A stretch of DNA of 64,000 nt from Eledone cirrhosa (Eukaryota): NCBI GenBank assembly GCA_964016885.1, contig OZ024743.1, positions 249,612,001 to 249,676,000 on the forward strand, read 5' to 3'. The position numbers were made by a program, and so were the translations under genes. The notes beneath the pieces are model-generated. The model worked only from the letters and a program-made list of their open reading frames with translations, did no database searches and was not told where the DNA came from. Of this stretch, positions 37,550-50,750 are shown piece by piece. How positions within the stretch are numbered: position 1 is the first letter of the stretch; every line of letters starts with the position of its first letter.

Positions 37550-39363
37550 GCATTCATTGTGGAAATACTTTCAATATGATGAGCTAACCATTAATATGAG
37601 ACAAAAAGAAGACAAAGACAACTATGTTGATATTTTGGGAAGAATTAGGAAATTGCTAAAAAATTGATTGAATTGTATTCTATTCCTGAATTAAAATTTG
37701 TATGCATTTTACCTTTGAATGAAGCTGTTGATGAGTTGGATAATGAAATGATTAAAAAATGCAACATAAATGCAGTGAAACTTGCTGCAAAAGATTCTGG
37801 TATGAGACAAGTAAATGGAAGAAAAAAGAAAAATGTTGAAAAAGGCAAAAACAAGAAAACTTCTGATACTGCTGGACTAGAAACTTTGCTAAATGTTGGA
37901 ATTGGAGCAAGAGTGATGTTGAAATGAAACATTGATGTAGATAAAGGCTTATGCAATGGTGTTATTGGAACAGTTATTGAATTAATTGGGAATGGAAGCA
38001 ATGTTGACAAAATTTTGGTGTCTTTTGATACCAAAAAGGACAAACCCATTTCCATTGGAAGAGTTCAAGCAGACTATGAAATTTCTCCTGGTGTTTTTGT
38101 CACCAGAACACAATTTCCATTGTCTCTTGCTTACTCTATAACAATTCACAAATCACAAGGAATTTCTGTGGGTGGAATAATTGCTGATTTAGGAAATCAG
38201 ATATTTTCTGATGGTCAAGCTTATGTGGCTCAAGAGCCAGAAAACTTTGCAATGTGTATCTCTGTGACTTTGATCCAAGATCATTGATCATGGTTGACTA
38301 ATCTGCATTGGAAGAGTACAACAAACTACGGGCTAGTACTGGAAGAGCTGATTTGCTTCCATTGCCACCTTGCAGGAAAAAGCCTCCTTGCATGACAAAT
38401 GCTTCTAGCATGCCCAAGAAAAGAACTAAAAGACTTAATTTGGAAGAAAATTCAAACCAGCCTGCCAAAAAGAAGAAAAGAAATGAAAACAGCCAAACTT
38501 TAATCCCTAAACATCAATTGATCAACCAAAGAAATGCTTGTTTTGCAAATTCAGTTGTGCAATCACTGAATCAATTGCCTGACTTTGTAGAGTATTTGCA
38601 TAATTTTAACAACATGAATGGAGTACATCAATAATTAAGCAATATCATTTTTAATAATCATAATAATGTCTCTAACTTAAGAAGAATAATTGGAGGAAGA
38701 TTTCATGATGGAAATCAGCAATATGCTCATGAATTTTGGAAAGAACTCTCTCTACATTGGACTTGGTATTTAGAGAAAAACTTCAATTTATTCAAACTGA
38801 TCATACTAGATGCATCCGATTGCATCAAACAAATTGCCAAGCTTTAAATAACAATGTTTGCAATTGTAATTCAAGACCTGGATGTGGTATAGAATCTGAA
38901 CTTCCATTTCAAATAAAAGAGGATTTGATATTAAATCCTATTAATGGCACACAACAATTTAAATCTCTACTTTCAACAACAAATACTTTGACCAAATACT
39001 GTGATACTTGTTCTGAAAATACTGAGCATCAAATAACTTCAAGAATTGAATTTACTAACGATTTCAAATATCTTGTCATCTCAATTAGTAGATTTTTTAT
39101 TAATAATGAAGGAGAACAAAGAATTAATTGTGATATTATGAACTTTAGCTAAAAAAAAGCAGCAAATATATGGCACAAATTTCACATTAAAAGCTGCTAT
39201 TCTTCATGAAGGAGTATCATCTACGGCAGGCCATTATACTTGTCTGGTAAAAAGTGATGCTGAAAATTGGGATGGAATTAGTGACAACATTATCAAATAA
39301 AGGCACAATAAATTTCCTCCTAAGTTACCTAATGTGGTTGTATTGTTTATGGAAAAAATTTAG
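37550..39363 (+). pseudogene. Decayed Helitron-like ORF: PIF1 helicase C-terminus followed by USP/C19 peptidase domain
   Basis: ELTINMRQ, GARVML, GLCNG, RTQFPLSLAYSITIHKSQG, QIFSDGQAYVA. Then NQRNACFANSVVQSL (Cys box), QQYAHEF, and AAILHEGVSSTAGHYTCLVK (His box, ~39190-39250). Confidence 0.8.
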
Positions 39364-39371
39364 ATGTTTGA

Positions 39372-39628
39372 TTTTGGACTATTGATCTTGGACTACCAAC
39401 TTATAATTAGGACTACTATTTTAATTTTGGACTACTTCATTTTGTTTTGGACTACTTGCTGATTATTTTGGACTAAATGCTGATTCTGGATTACTTATTT
39501 TTATTTTTGACTACTTGCTGCTTATTTTGCACTAAATGCTGATTTTCGACTACATAATTTTATTTTGGACTAAATGCTAATTCTGGACTACTTAATTTTA
39601 TTTTGGACTAACTGCTAATTATGGACAA
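39372..39628 (+). repeat. Degenerate ~20 bp minisatellite with ttttggactac core
   Basis: More than ten visible copies immediately 3' of the Helitron-like ORF. Confidence 0.8.
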
Positions 39629-40029
39629 ATTATTGTTGAATTTGAGCTCACTGTTTATTGGCATTTTATTTATTTACTACTTAATTTTATTTATTTTTGA
39701 CTCAGTTATTTTAATTGCTTGTTTTTCTAGCATCTTTAATAACTTCACTTGTTAAGTTAAACTCTAAATTAATCATTAGAGTATAGTCAATTATAGCTTT
39801 CTCTCTATGAGCACACCTGAAGGCTTGTAGTAAGGGTGTCAGAAAAGGCAAATGTCTCTATTGATTATATTCTACAAAATATCTTTTCAATTTTAATATT
39901 TTGGATTTTATAGAAATATTGAAATGAAAAATTAATTTTTATTGATGAAAAAAGGATTGTAAATGCCTTAGCAAATGGTCAAGGTAATTTAAATAAAATA
40001 ATTTGCTGCAATGCCTTAAAAATAAGGGG

Positions 40030-41210
40030 ACTAGACCGAAAAATGCGGGCGCATGTGTATTAATATTCTTAAATAATAATAAACCTGGAAAAGTACAGGA
40101 CAAGTAGAATTAACTCTTAAAATATTGAAGCTGGAATTTGAATTTGATGAATTAAATGTACAATAATAAGCCTATGACATCACACTTAATTACAAGGAAG
40201 TGAAGGTTGTTAAGAAGGCATGGAACAGGACGTTTCAGTGCAGGCATTTCTGTGCCAGCATTTCGGCACTGGCATGTGGAATGGTCATTCCTAGCTCTTT
40301 CATGGATAGATTTAGAATAACACAAGAATGACCTAAAGAAAACCAAGATAATTTTTTTACTTTCATTATTAATTAAATAATTAGAAACGATCTAGAAATC
40401 ACCTTGATTCATTAGGAATGGCCTAGTTAATCTTTGGTTCTAATCTCTAAAAGATAGTCTCTGCTTTCCTCATAAGAAAGGAACAGTAATCCAGATTATC
40501 AATCAGAATGATATCGCACTTGATCACTAAATTTTCTTTTTGAAATACAGTTGACTATCTCTAATTGTCAGTCAAAGGAACTGTAAAAATGACTGACAAT
40601 TAGGGAGAGTCACAAAAAATAAAAGTTGGGCCAAAAATGGCACTGACAATTAGGGGAGTCAACTGTAATTCGATCTTGACAAATTTTGGCTTAACTTTTT
40701 TTAAAATGAAATTAGATTAATAATTTTAATATGATGACAATTTATGCAAAATTTAGCTCATTACTTTTAAATTTCAATTAATTTTTAATGTCAATTTTTA
40801 AAGTAATACAGTATAATTAACCCACTAAAGGGAAAAAAAAGTGACAACTTAAATGAACTGACAATTTATGTACAAAAGATTGATGACATTAATTGCATTT
40901 GGTTGGCAAAATGGTGATTGCTGACTTAGGCAAACTGATGACTTAATATCTAATAAATCCCCTAATTCATTATTATTTCTTATTATCTCTTGGCATTGTT
41001 AATTTTACTGTACATTGAATTCATCAAATTCAAATTCCAGCTTCAATATTTTAAGAGTTAATTCTACTTGTCCTGTACTTTTCCAGGTTTATTATTATTT
41101 AAGAATAAGTACCAGTAATGTACTGGGTTATTGATGGCCTTGTGCCAAAAGTAGAAACAATTATTATTTAAGAATATTAATACACATGCGCCCGCATTTT
41201 TCGGTCTAGT
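40030..41210. repeat. ~130 bp inverted repeat pair (40030-40160 / 41010-41210) ending in hairpin + CTAGT
   Basis: Reverse-complement match; the right copy is interrupted by a SINE 3' fragment. Confidence 0.85.
40548..40665. mobile_element. Tc1/mariner (pogo-like) MITE
   Basis: TA|cagttgactatctctaattgtcagt ... actgacaattaggggagtcaactg|TA. Confidence 0.75.
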
Positions 41211-41212
41211 AA

Positions 41213-41238
<26 letters not shown>

Positions 41239-41246
<8 letters not shown>

Positions 41247-44200
41247 AATAACGAAACGAAATTAAATTTCGTTTCGTTTGTAACTCACTTTTGTATGACT
41301 GACGCTTAAACAATTAAGTTAAAGATGTACATCCATATATGTATACTGAAATACTAGTATGTATATGAATACACACACGTATACATATGTAGATGTACCA
41401 AGTTTTTTCACTGGTCACTTTACTGTGAGTGGCCAGCTATTCTGTATGTAAACACACAGACAAACCGGTTTTTAGAGTCATACTGGTTTTTGAGGAAACA
41501 CCTTTCCTCTATTCTCCAGAAAGCCAGACAAGGAATATTGAACTAGTTTCGTTGTTGTTACAACTCATCAGCAATATTTACCTATCTTCCGGCCTCTCTA
41601 GAGAATCGTAAAAGCACATATCGTTATATGCTTTTTCTATGAAAATTAGTAGTGGGCAGACTAACTTGCATAGAGTGTGAGTAAGTACCGGTTCAACGGA
41701 GACGATAAAAACAAATAACGAAACGAAATTAAATTTCGTTTCGTTTGTAACTCACTTTTGTATGACTGACGCTTAAACAATTAAGTTAAAGATGTACATC
41801 CATATATGTATACTGAAATACTAGTATGTATATGAATACACACACGTATACATATGTAGATGTACCAAGTTTTTTCACTGGTCACTTTACTGTGAGTGGC
41901 CAGCTATTCTGTATGTAAACACACAGACAAACCGGTTTTTAGAGTCATACTGGTTTTTGAGGAAACACCTTTCCTCTATTCTCCAGAAAGCCAGACAAGG
42001 AATATTGAACTAGTTTCGTTGTTGTTACAACTCATCAGCAATATTTACCTATCTTCCGGCCTCTCTAGAGAATCGTAAAAGCACATATCGTTATATGCTT
42101 TTTCTATGAAAATTAGTAGTGGGCAGACTAACTTGCATAGAGTGTGAGTAAGTACCGGTTCAACGGAGACGATAAAAACAAATAACGAAACGAAATTAAA
42201 TTTCGTTTCGTTTGTAACTCACTTTTGTATGACTGACGCTTAAACAATTAAGTTAAAGATGTACATCCATATATGTATACTGAAATACTAGTATGTATAT
42301 GAATACACACACGTATACATATGTAGATGTACCAAGTTTTTTCACTGGTCACTTTACTGTGAGTGGCCAGCTATTCTGTATGTAAACACACAGACAAACC
42401 GGTTTTTAGAGTCATACTGGTTTTTGAGGAAACACCTTTCCTCTATTCTCCAGAAAGCCAGACAAGGAATATTGAACTAGTTTCGTTGTTGTTACAACTC
42501 ATCAGCAATATTTACCTATCTTCCGGCCTCTCTAGAGAATCGTAAAAGCACATATCGTTATATGCTTTTTCTATGAAAATTAGTAGTGGGCAGACTAACT
42601 TGCATAGAGTGTGAGTAAGTACCGGTTCAACGGAGACGATAAAAACAAATAACGAAACGAAATTAAATTTCGTTTCGTTTGTAACTCACTTTTGTATGAC
42701 TGACGCTTAAACAATTAAGTTAAAGATGTACATCCATATATGTATACTGAAATACTAGTATGTATATGAATACACACACGTATACATATGTAGATGTACC
42801 AAGTTTTTTCACTGGTCACTTTACTGTGAGTGGCCAGCTATTCTGTATGTAAACACACAGACAAACCGGTTTTTAGAGTCATACTGGTTTTTGAGGAAAC
42901 ACCTTTCCTCTATTCTCCAGAAAGCCAGACAAGGAATATTGAACTAGTTTCGTTGTTGTTACAACTCATCAGCAATATTTACCTATCTTCCGGCCTCTCT
43001 AGAGAATCGTAAAAGCACATATCGTTATATGCTTTTTCTATGAAAATTAGTAGTGGGCAGACTAACTTGCATAGAGTGTGAGTAAGTACCGGTTCAACGG
43101 AGACGATAAAAACAAATAACGAAACGAAATTAAATTTCGTTTCGTTTGTAACTCACTTTTGTATGACTGACGCTTAAACAATTAAGTTAAAGATGTACAT
43201 CCATATATGTATACTGAAATACTAGTATGTATATGAATACACACACGTATACATATGTAGATGTACCAAGTTTTTTCACTGGTCACTTTACTGTGAGTGG
43301 CCAGCTATTCTGTATGTAAACACACAGACAAACCGGTTTTTAGAGTCATACTGGTTTTTGAGGAAACACCTTTCCTCTATTCTCCAGAAAGCCAGACAAG
43401 GAATATTGAACTAGTTTCGTTGTTGTTACAACTCATCAGCAATATTTACCTATCTTCCGGCCTCTCTAGAGAATCGTAAAAGCACATATCGTTATATGCT
43501 TTTTCTATGAAAATTAGTAGTGGGCAGACTAACTTGCATAGAGTGTGAGTAAGTACCGGTTCAACGGAGACGATAAAAACAAATAACGAAACGAAATTAA
43601 ATTTCGTTTCGTTTGTAACTCACTTTTGTATGACTGACGCTTAAACAATTAAGTTAAAGATGTACATCCATATATGTATACTGAAATACTAGTATGTATA
43701 TGAATACACACACGTATACATATGTAGATGTACCAAGTTTTTTCACTGGTCACTTTACTGTGAGTGGCCAGCTATTCTGTATGTAAACACACAGACAAAC
43801 CGGTTTTTAGAGTCATACTGGTTTTTGAGGAAACACCTTTCCTCTATTCTCCAGAAAGCCAGACAAGGAATATTGAACTAGTTTCGTTGTTGTTACAACT
43901 CATCAGCAATATTTACCTATCTTCCGGCCTCTCTAGAGAATCGTAAAAGCACATATCGTTATATGCTTTTTCTATGAAAATTAGTAGTGGGCAGACTAAC
44001 TTGCATAGAGTGTGAGTAAGTACCGGTTCAACGGAGACGATAAAAACAAATAACGAAACGAAATTAAATTTCGTTTCGTTTGTAACTCACTTTTGTATGA
44101 CTGACGCTTAAACAATTAAGTTAAAGATGTACATCCATATATGTATACTGAAATACTAGTATGTATATGAATACACACACGTATACATATGTAGATGTAC

Positions 44201-47200
44201 CAAGTTTTTTCACTGGTCACTTTACTGTGAGTGGCCAGCTATTCTGTATGTAAACACACAGACAAACCGGTTTTTAGAGTCATACTGGTTTTTGAGGAAA
44301 CACCTTTCCTCTATTCTCCAGAAAGCCAGACAAGGAATATTGAACTAGTTTCGTTGTTGTTACAACTCATCAGCAATATTTACCTATCTTCCGGCCTCTC
44401 TAGAGAATCGTAAAAGCACATATCGTTATATGCTTTTTCTATGAAAATTAGTAGTGGGCAGACTAACTTGCATAGAGTGTGAGTAAGTACCGGTTCAACG
44501 GAGACGATAAAAACAAATAACGAAACGAAATTAAATTTCGTTTCGTTTGTAACTCACTTTTGTATGACTGACGCTTAAACAATTAAGTTAAAGATGTACA
44601 TCCATATATGTATACTGAAATACTAGTATGTATATGAATACACACACGTATACATATGTAGATGTACCAAGTTTTTTCACTGGTCACTTTACTGTGAGTG
44701 GCCAGCTATTCTGTATGTAAACACACAGACAAACCGGTTTTTAGAGTCATACTGGTTTTTGAGGAAACACCTTTCCTCTATTCTCCAGAAAGCCAGACAA
44801 GGAATATTGAACTAGTTTCGTTGTTGTTACAACTCATCAGCAATATTTACCTATCTTCCGGCCTCTTTAGAGAATCGTAAAAGCACATATCGTTATATGC
44901 TTTTTCTATGAAAATTAGTAGTGGGCAGACTAACTTGCATAGAGTGTGAGTAAGTACCGGTTCAACGGAGACGATAAAAACAAATAACGAAACGAAATTA
45001 AATTTCGTTTCGTTTGTAACTCACTTTTGTATGACTGACGCTTAAACAATTAAGTTAAAGATGTACATCCATATATGTATACTGAAATACTAGTATGTAT
45101 ATGAATACACACACGTATACATATGTAGATGTACCAAGTTTTTTCACTGGTCACTTTACTGTGAGTGGCCAGCTATTCTGTATGTAAACACACAGACAAA
45201 CCGGTTTTTAGAGTCATACTGGTTTTTGAGGAAACACCTTTCCTCTATTCTCCAGAAAGCCAGACAAGGAATATTGAACTAGTTTCGTTGTTGTTACAAC
45301 TCATCAGCAATATTTACCTATCTTCCGGCCTCTCTAGAGAATCGTAAAAGCACATATCGTTATATGCTTTTTCTATGAAAATTAGTAGTGGGCAGACTAA
45401 CTTGCATAGAGTGTGAGTAAGTACCGGTTCAACGGAGACGATAAAAACAAATAACGAAACGAAATTAAATTTCGTTTCGTTTGTAACTCACTTTTGTATG
45501 ACTGACGCTTAAACAATTAAGTTAAAGATGTACATCCATATATGTATACTGAAATACTAGTATGTATATGAATACACACACGTATACATATGTAGATGTA
45601 CCAAGTTTTTTCACTGGTCACTTTACTGTGAGTGGCCAGCTATTCTGTATGTAAACACACAGACAAACCGGTTTTTAGAGTCATACTGGTTTTTGAGGAA
45701 ACACCTTTCCTCTATTCTCCAGAAAGCCAGACAAGGAATATTGAACTAGTTTCGTTGTTGTTACAACTCATCAGCAATATTTACCTATCTTCCGGCCTCT
45801 CTAGAGAATCGTAAAAGCACATATCGTTATATGCTTTTTCTATGAAAATTAGTAGTGGGCAGACTAACTTGCATAGAGTGTGAGTAAGTACCGGTTCAAC
45901 GGAGACGATAAAAACAAATAACGAAACGAAATTAAATTTCGTTTCGTTTGTAACTCACTTTTGTATGACTGACGCTTAAACAATTAAGTTAAAGATGTAC
46001 ATCCATATATGTATACTGAAATACTAGTATGTATATGAATACACACACGTATACATATGTAGATGTACCAAGTTTTTTCACTGGTCACTTTACTGTGAGT
46101 GGCCAGCTATTCTGTATGTAAACACACAGACAAACCGGTTTTTAGAGTCATACTGGTTTTTGAGGAAACACCTTTCCTCTATTCTCCAGAAAGCCAGACA
46201 AGGAATATTGAACTAGTTTCGTTGTTGTTACAACTCATCAGCAATATTTACCTATCTTCCGGCCTCTCTAGAGAATCGTAAAAGCACATATCGTTATATG
46301 CTTTTTCTATGAAAATTAGTAGTGGGCAGACTAACTTGCATAGAGTGTGAGTAAGTACCGGTTCAACGGAGACGATAAAAACAAATAACGAAACGAAATT
46401 AAATTTCGTTTCGTTTGTAACTCACTTTTGTATGACTGACGCTTAAACAATTAAGTTAAAGATGTACATCCATATATGTATACTGAAATATTAGTATGTA
46501 TATGAATACACACACGTATACATATGTAGATGTACCAAGTTTTTTCACTGGTCACTTTACTGTGAGTGGCCAGCTATTCTGTATGTAAACACACAGACAA
46601 ACCGGTTTTTAGAGTCATACTGGTTTTTGAGGAAACACCTTTCCTCTATTCTCCAGAAAGCCAGACAAGGAATATTGAACTAGTTTCGTTGTTGTTACAA
46701 CTCATCAGCAATATTTACCTATCTTCCGGCCTCTCTAGAGAATCGTAAAAGCACATATCGTTATATGCTTTTTCTATGAAAATTAGTAGTGGGCAGACTA
46801 ACTTGCATAGAGTGTGAGTAAGTACCGGTTCAACGGAGACGATAAAAACAAATAACGAAACGAAATTAAATTTCGTTTCGTTTGTAACTCACTTTTGTAT
46901 GACTGACGCTTAAACAATTAAGTTAAAGATGTACATCCATATATGTATACTGAAATACTAGTATGTATATGAATACACACACGTATACATATGTAGATGT
47001 ACCAAGTTTTTTCACTGGTCACTTTACTGTGAGTGGCCAGCTATTCTGTATGTAAACACACAGACAAACCGGTTTTTAGAGTCATACTGGTTTTTGAGGA
47101 AACACCTTTCCTCTATTCTCCAGAAAGCCAGACAAGGAATATTGAACTAGTTTCGTTGTTGTTACAACTCATCAGCAATATTTACCTATCTTCCGGCCTC

Positions 47201-47611
47201 TCTAGAGAATCGTAAAAGCACATATCGTTATATGCTTTTTCTATGAAAATTAGTAGTGGGCAGACTAACTTGCATAGAGTGTGAGTAAGTACCGGTTCAA
47301 CGGAGACGATAAAAACAAATAACGAAACGAAATTAAATTTCGTTTCGTTTGTAACTCACTTTTGTATGACTGACGCTTAAACAATTAAGTTAAAGATGTA
47401 CATCCATATATGTATACTGAAATACTAGTATGTATATGAATACACACACGTATACATATGTAGATGTACCAAGTTTTTTCACTGGTCACTTTACTGTGAG
47501 TGGCCAGCTATTCTGTATGTAAACACACAGACAAACCGGTTTTTAGAGTCATACTGGTTTTTGAGGAAACACCTTTCCTCTATTCTCCAGAAAGCCAGAC
47601 AAGGAATATTG
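41239..47611 (-). repeat. Left (antisense) arm of inverted 467 bp hammerhead concatemer, ~13.6 units
   Basis: Period 467 (ORF track 41429 to 47500). Starts after (TA)n. Hammerheads on the minus strand at 41534-41578 and every 467 bp. Confidence 0.96.
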
Positions 47612-49952
47612 AATTGTTTAAGCGTCAGTCATACAAAAGTGAGTTACAAACGAAACGAAATTTAATTTCGTTTCGTTATTTGTTTTTATCGTCTCCGTTG
47701 AACCGGTACTTACTCACACTCTATGCAAGTTAGTCTGCCCACTACTAATTTTCATAGAAAAAGCATATAACGATATGTGCTTTTACGATTCTCTAGAGAG
47801 GCCGGAAGATAGGTAAATATTGCTGATGAGTTGTAACAACAACGAAACTAGTTCAATATTCCTTGTCTGGCTTTCTGGAGAATAGAGGAAAGGTGTTTCC
47901 TCAAAAACCAGTATGACTCTAAAAACCGGTTTGTCTGTGTGTTTACATACAGAATAGCTGGCCACTCACAGTAAAGTGACCAGTGAAAAAACTTGGTACA
48001 TCTACATATGTATACGTGTGTGTATTCATATACATACTAGTATTTCAGTATACATATATGGATGTACATCTTTAACTTAATTGTTTAAGCGTCAGTCATA
48101 CAAAAGTGAGTTACAAACGAAACGAAATTTAATTTCGTTTCGTTATTTGTTTTTATCGTCTCCGTTGAACCGGTACTTACTCACACTCTATGCAAGTTAG
48201 TCTGCCCACTACTAATTTTCATAGAAAAAGCATATAACGATATGTGCTTTTACGATTCTCTAGAGAGGCCGGAAGATAGGTAAATATTGCTGATGAGTTG
48301 TAACAACAACGAAACTAGTTCAATATTCCTTGTCTGGCTTTCTGGAGAATAGAGGAAAGGTGTTTCCTCAAAAACCAGTATGACTCTAAAAACCGGTTTG
48401 TCTGTGTGTTTACATACAGAATAGCTGGCCACTCACAGTAAAGTGACCAGTGAAAAAACTTGGTACATCTACATATGTATACGTGTGTGTATTCATATAC
48501 ATACTAGTATTTCAGTATACATATATGGATGTACATCTTTAACTTAATTGTTTAAGCGTCAGTCATACAAAAGTGAGTTACAAACGAAACGAAATTTAAT
48601 TTCGTTTCGTTATTTGTTTTTATCGTCTCCGTTGAACCGGTACTTACTCACACTCTATGCAAGTTAGTCTGCCCACTACTAATTTTCATAGAAAAAGCAT
48701 ATAACGATATGTGCTTTTACGATTCTCTAGAGAGGCCGGAAGATAGGTAAATATTGCTGATGAGTTGTAACAACAACGAAACTAGTTCAATATTCCTTGT
48801 CTGGCTTTCTGGAGAATAGAGGAAAGGTGTTTCCTCAAAAACCAGTATGACTCTAAAAACCGGTTTGTCTGTGTGTTTACATACAGAATAGCTGGCCACT
48901 CACAGTAAAGTGACCAGTGAAAAAACTTGGTACATCTACATATGTATACGTGTGTGTATTCATATACATACTAGTATTTCAGTATACATATATGGATGTA
49001 CATCTTTAACTTAATTGTTTAAGCGTCAGTCATACAAAAGTGAGTTACAAACGAAACGAAATTTAATTTCGTTTCGTTATTTGTTTTTATCGTCTCCGTT
49101 GAACCGGTACTTACTCACACTCTATGCAAGTTAGTCTGCCCACTACTAATTTTCATAGAAAAAGCATATAACGATATGTGCTTTTACGATTCTCTAGAGA
49201 GGCCGGAAGATAGGTAAATATTGCTGATGAGTTGTAACAACAACGAAACTAGTTCAATATTCCTTGTCTGGCTTTCTGGAGAATAGAGGAAAGGTGTTTC
49301 CTCAAAAACCAGTATGACTCTAAAAACCGGTTTGTCTGTGTGTTTACATACAGAATAGCTGGCCACTCACAGTAAAGTGACCAGTGAAAAAACTTGGTAC
49401 ATCTACATATGTATACGTGTGTGTATTCATATACATACTAGTATTTCAGTATACATATATGGATGTACATCTTTAACTTAATTGTTTAAGCGTCAGTCAT
49501 ACAAAAGTGAGTTACAAACGAAACGAAATTTAATTTCGTTTCGTTATTTGTTTTTATCGTCTCCGTTGAACCGGTACTTACTCACACTCTATGCAAGTTA
49601 GTCTGCCCACTACTAATTTTCATAGAAAAAGCATATAACGATATGTGCTTTTACGATTCTCTAGAGAGGCCGGAAGATAGGTAAATATTGCTGATGAGTT
49701 GTAACAACAACGAAACTAGTTCAATATTCCTTGTCTGGCTTTCTGGAGAATAGAGGAAAGGTGTTTCCTCAAAAACCAGTATGACTCTAAAAACCGGTTT
49801 GTCTGTGTGTTTACATACAGAATAGCTGGCCACTCACAGTAAAGTGACCAGTGAAAAAACTTGGTACATCTACATATGTATACGTGTGTGTATTCATATA
49901 CATACTAGTATTTCAGTATACATATATGGATGTACATCTTTAACTTAATTGT
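47612..49952 (+). repeat. Right (sense) arm of inverted 467 bp hammerhead concatemer, 5.0 units
   Basis: Reverse complement of the left unit. AATTGT at 47612 and at 49947 (5 x 467 apart). Ends in (TA)n. Confidence 0.96.
47816..47860 (+). ncRNA. Minimal type I hammerhead ribozyme (representative of 18 complete copies in the 467 bp array)
   Basis: AATATTG-CTGATGA-GTTG-TAACAA-CAAC-GAAA-C-TA-GTT|CAATATT. Palindromic stem III ACTAGT; predicted cleavage after 47853. Confidence 0.88.
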
Positions 49953-49959
49953 ATATATA

Positions 49960-50021
<62 letters not shown>

Positions 50022-50499
50022 GGAGGAGGAGGAGGAGTAGGAGGAGGAGGAGTATGGTGTTATGGGGAAAAATACAGGGTCTACGTACAGTACAATGCAT
50101 TACCTAATATATACCTTCCATATACTGTACCGATTGTGTTGCTATTTCTGTTTACCTTTTACACACATACATATATATATATATATATTTATATATCCAT
50201 CCAAACAGGCAGACATAAATGTGATTATATATATTATGTATCCCCAGACAACAGGTTTGTCATGTTACTGAATCTACCAGCCCTTCCTTCAGTTTCTATT
50301 TGTACAAGGAATATAGAAATATGCCTACTCAGGTAAGTACCCTGTCACCAACAAGCTCAACCTGCCACGTACCCTCTCTTCCACCAACATCCCCACTCCC
50401 CAGCATACCCCCCCCCATCCCCACTAACATATCATCTACCCACCAACATGCCTCATCCAGCCACCTAACCATTATAGTTTTGTGTGATGCCTCCTCCTC

Positions 50500-50529
<30 letters not shown>

Positions 50530-50534
<5 letters not shown>

Positions 50535-50719
50535 TGTTTCTACTTTAGGCACAAGGCCAGAAATTACCCAGTGCATTACTGGTACTTTATTTTATCGACC
50601 CGGTAAGGATGAAAGGCAAAGTCAACCTCGGCGGGATTTGAACTCAGATCGTAAAGGGACGTAACTATGCTGGAAAGCATGGCGTCCGACCCTCTACCGA
50701 TACTGCCAATCCACCGCCA
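50530..50719 (-). mobile_element. Full-length tRNA-type SINE in (AAT)n
   Basis: Head GGCGGTGGATTGGCAGTATCGG, B-box-like GAGTTCAAATCC, (ATT)n tail. Confidence 0.85.
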
Positions 50720-50750
50720 TAATAATAATAATAATAATGATAATAATAAT

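Noticed and set aside
41429-49833. 60 aa ORF repeated in the 467 bp unit
   Set aside because: GTG start, antisense to the ribozyme, no motif.
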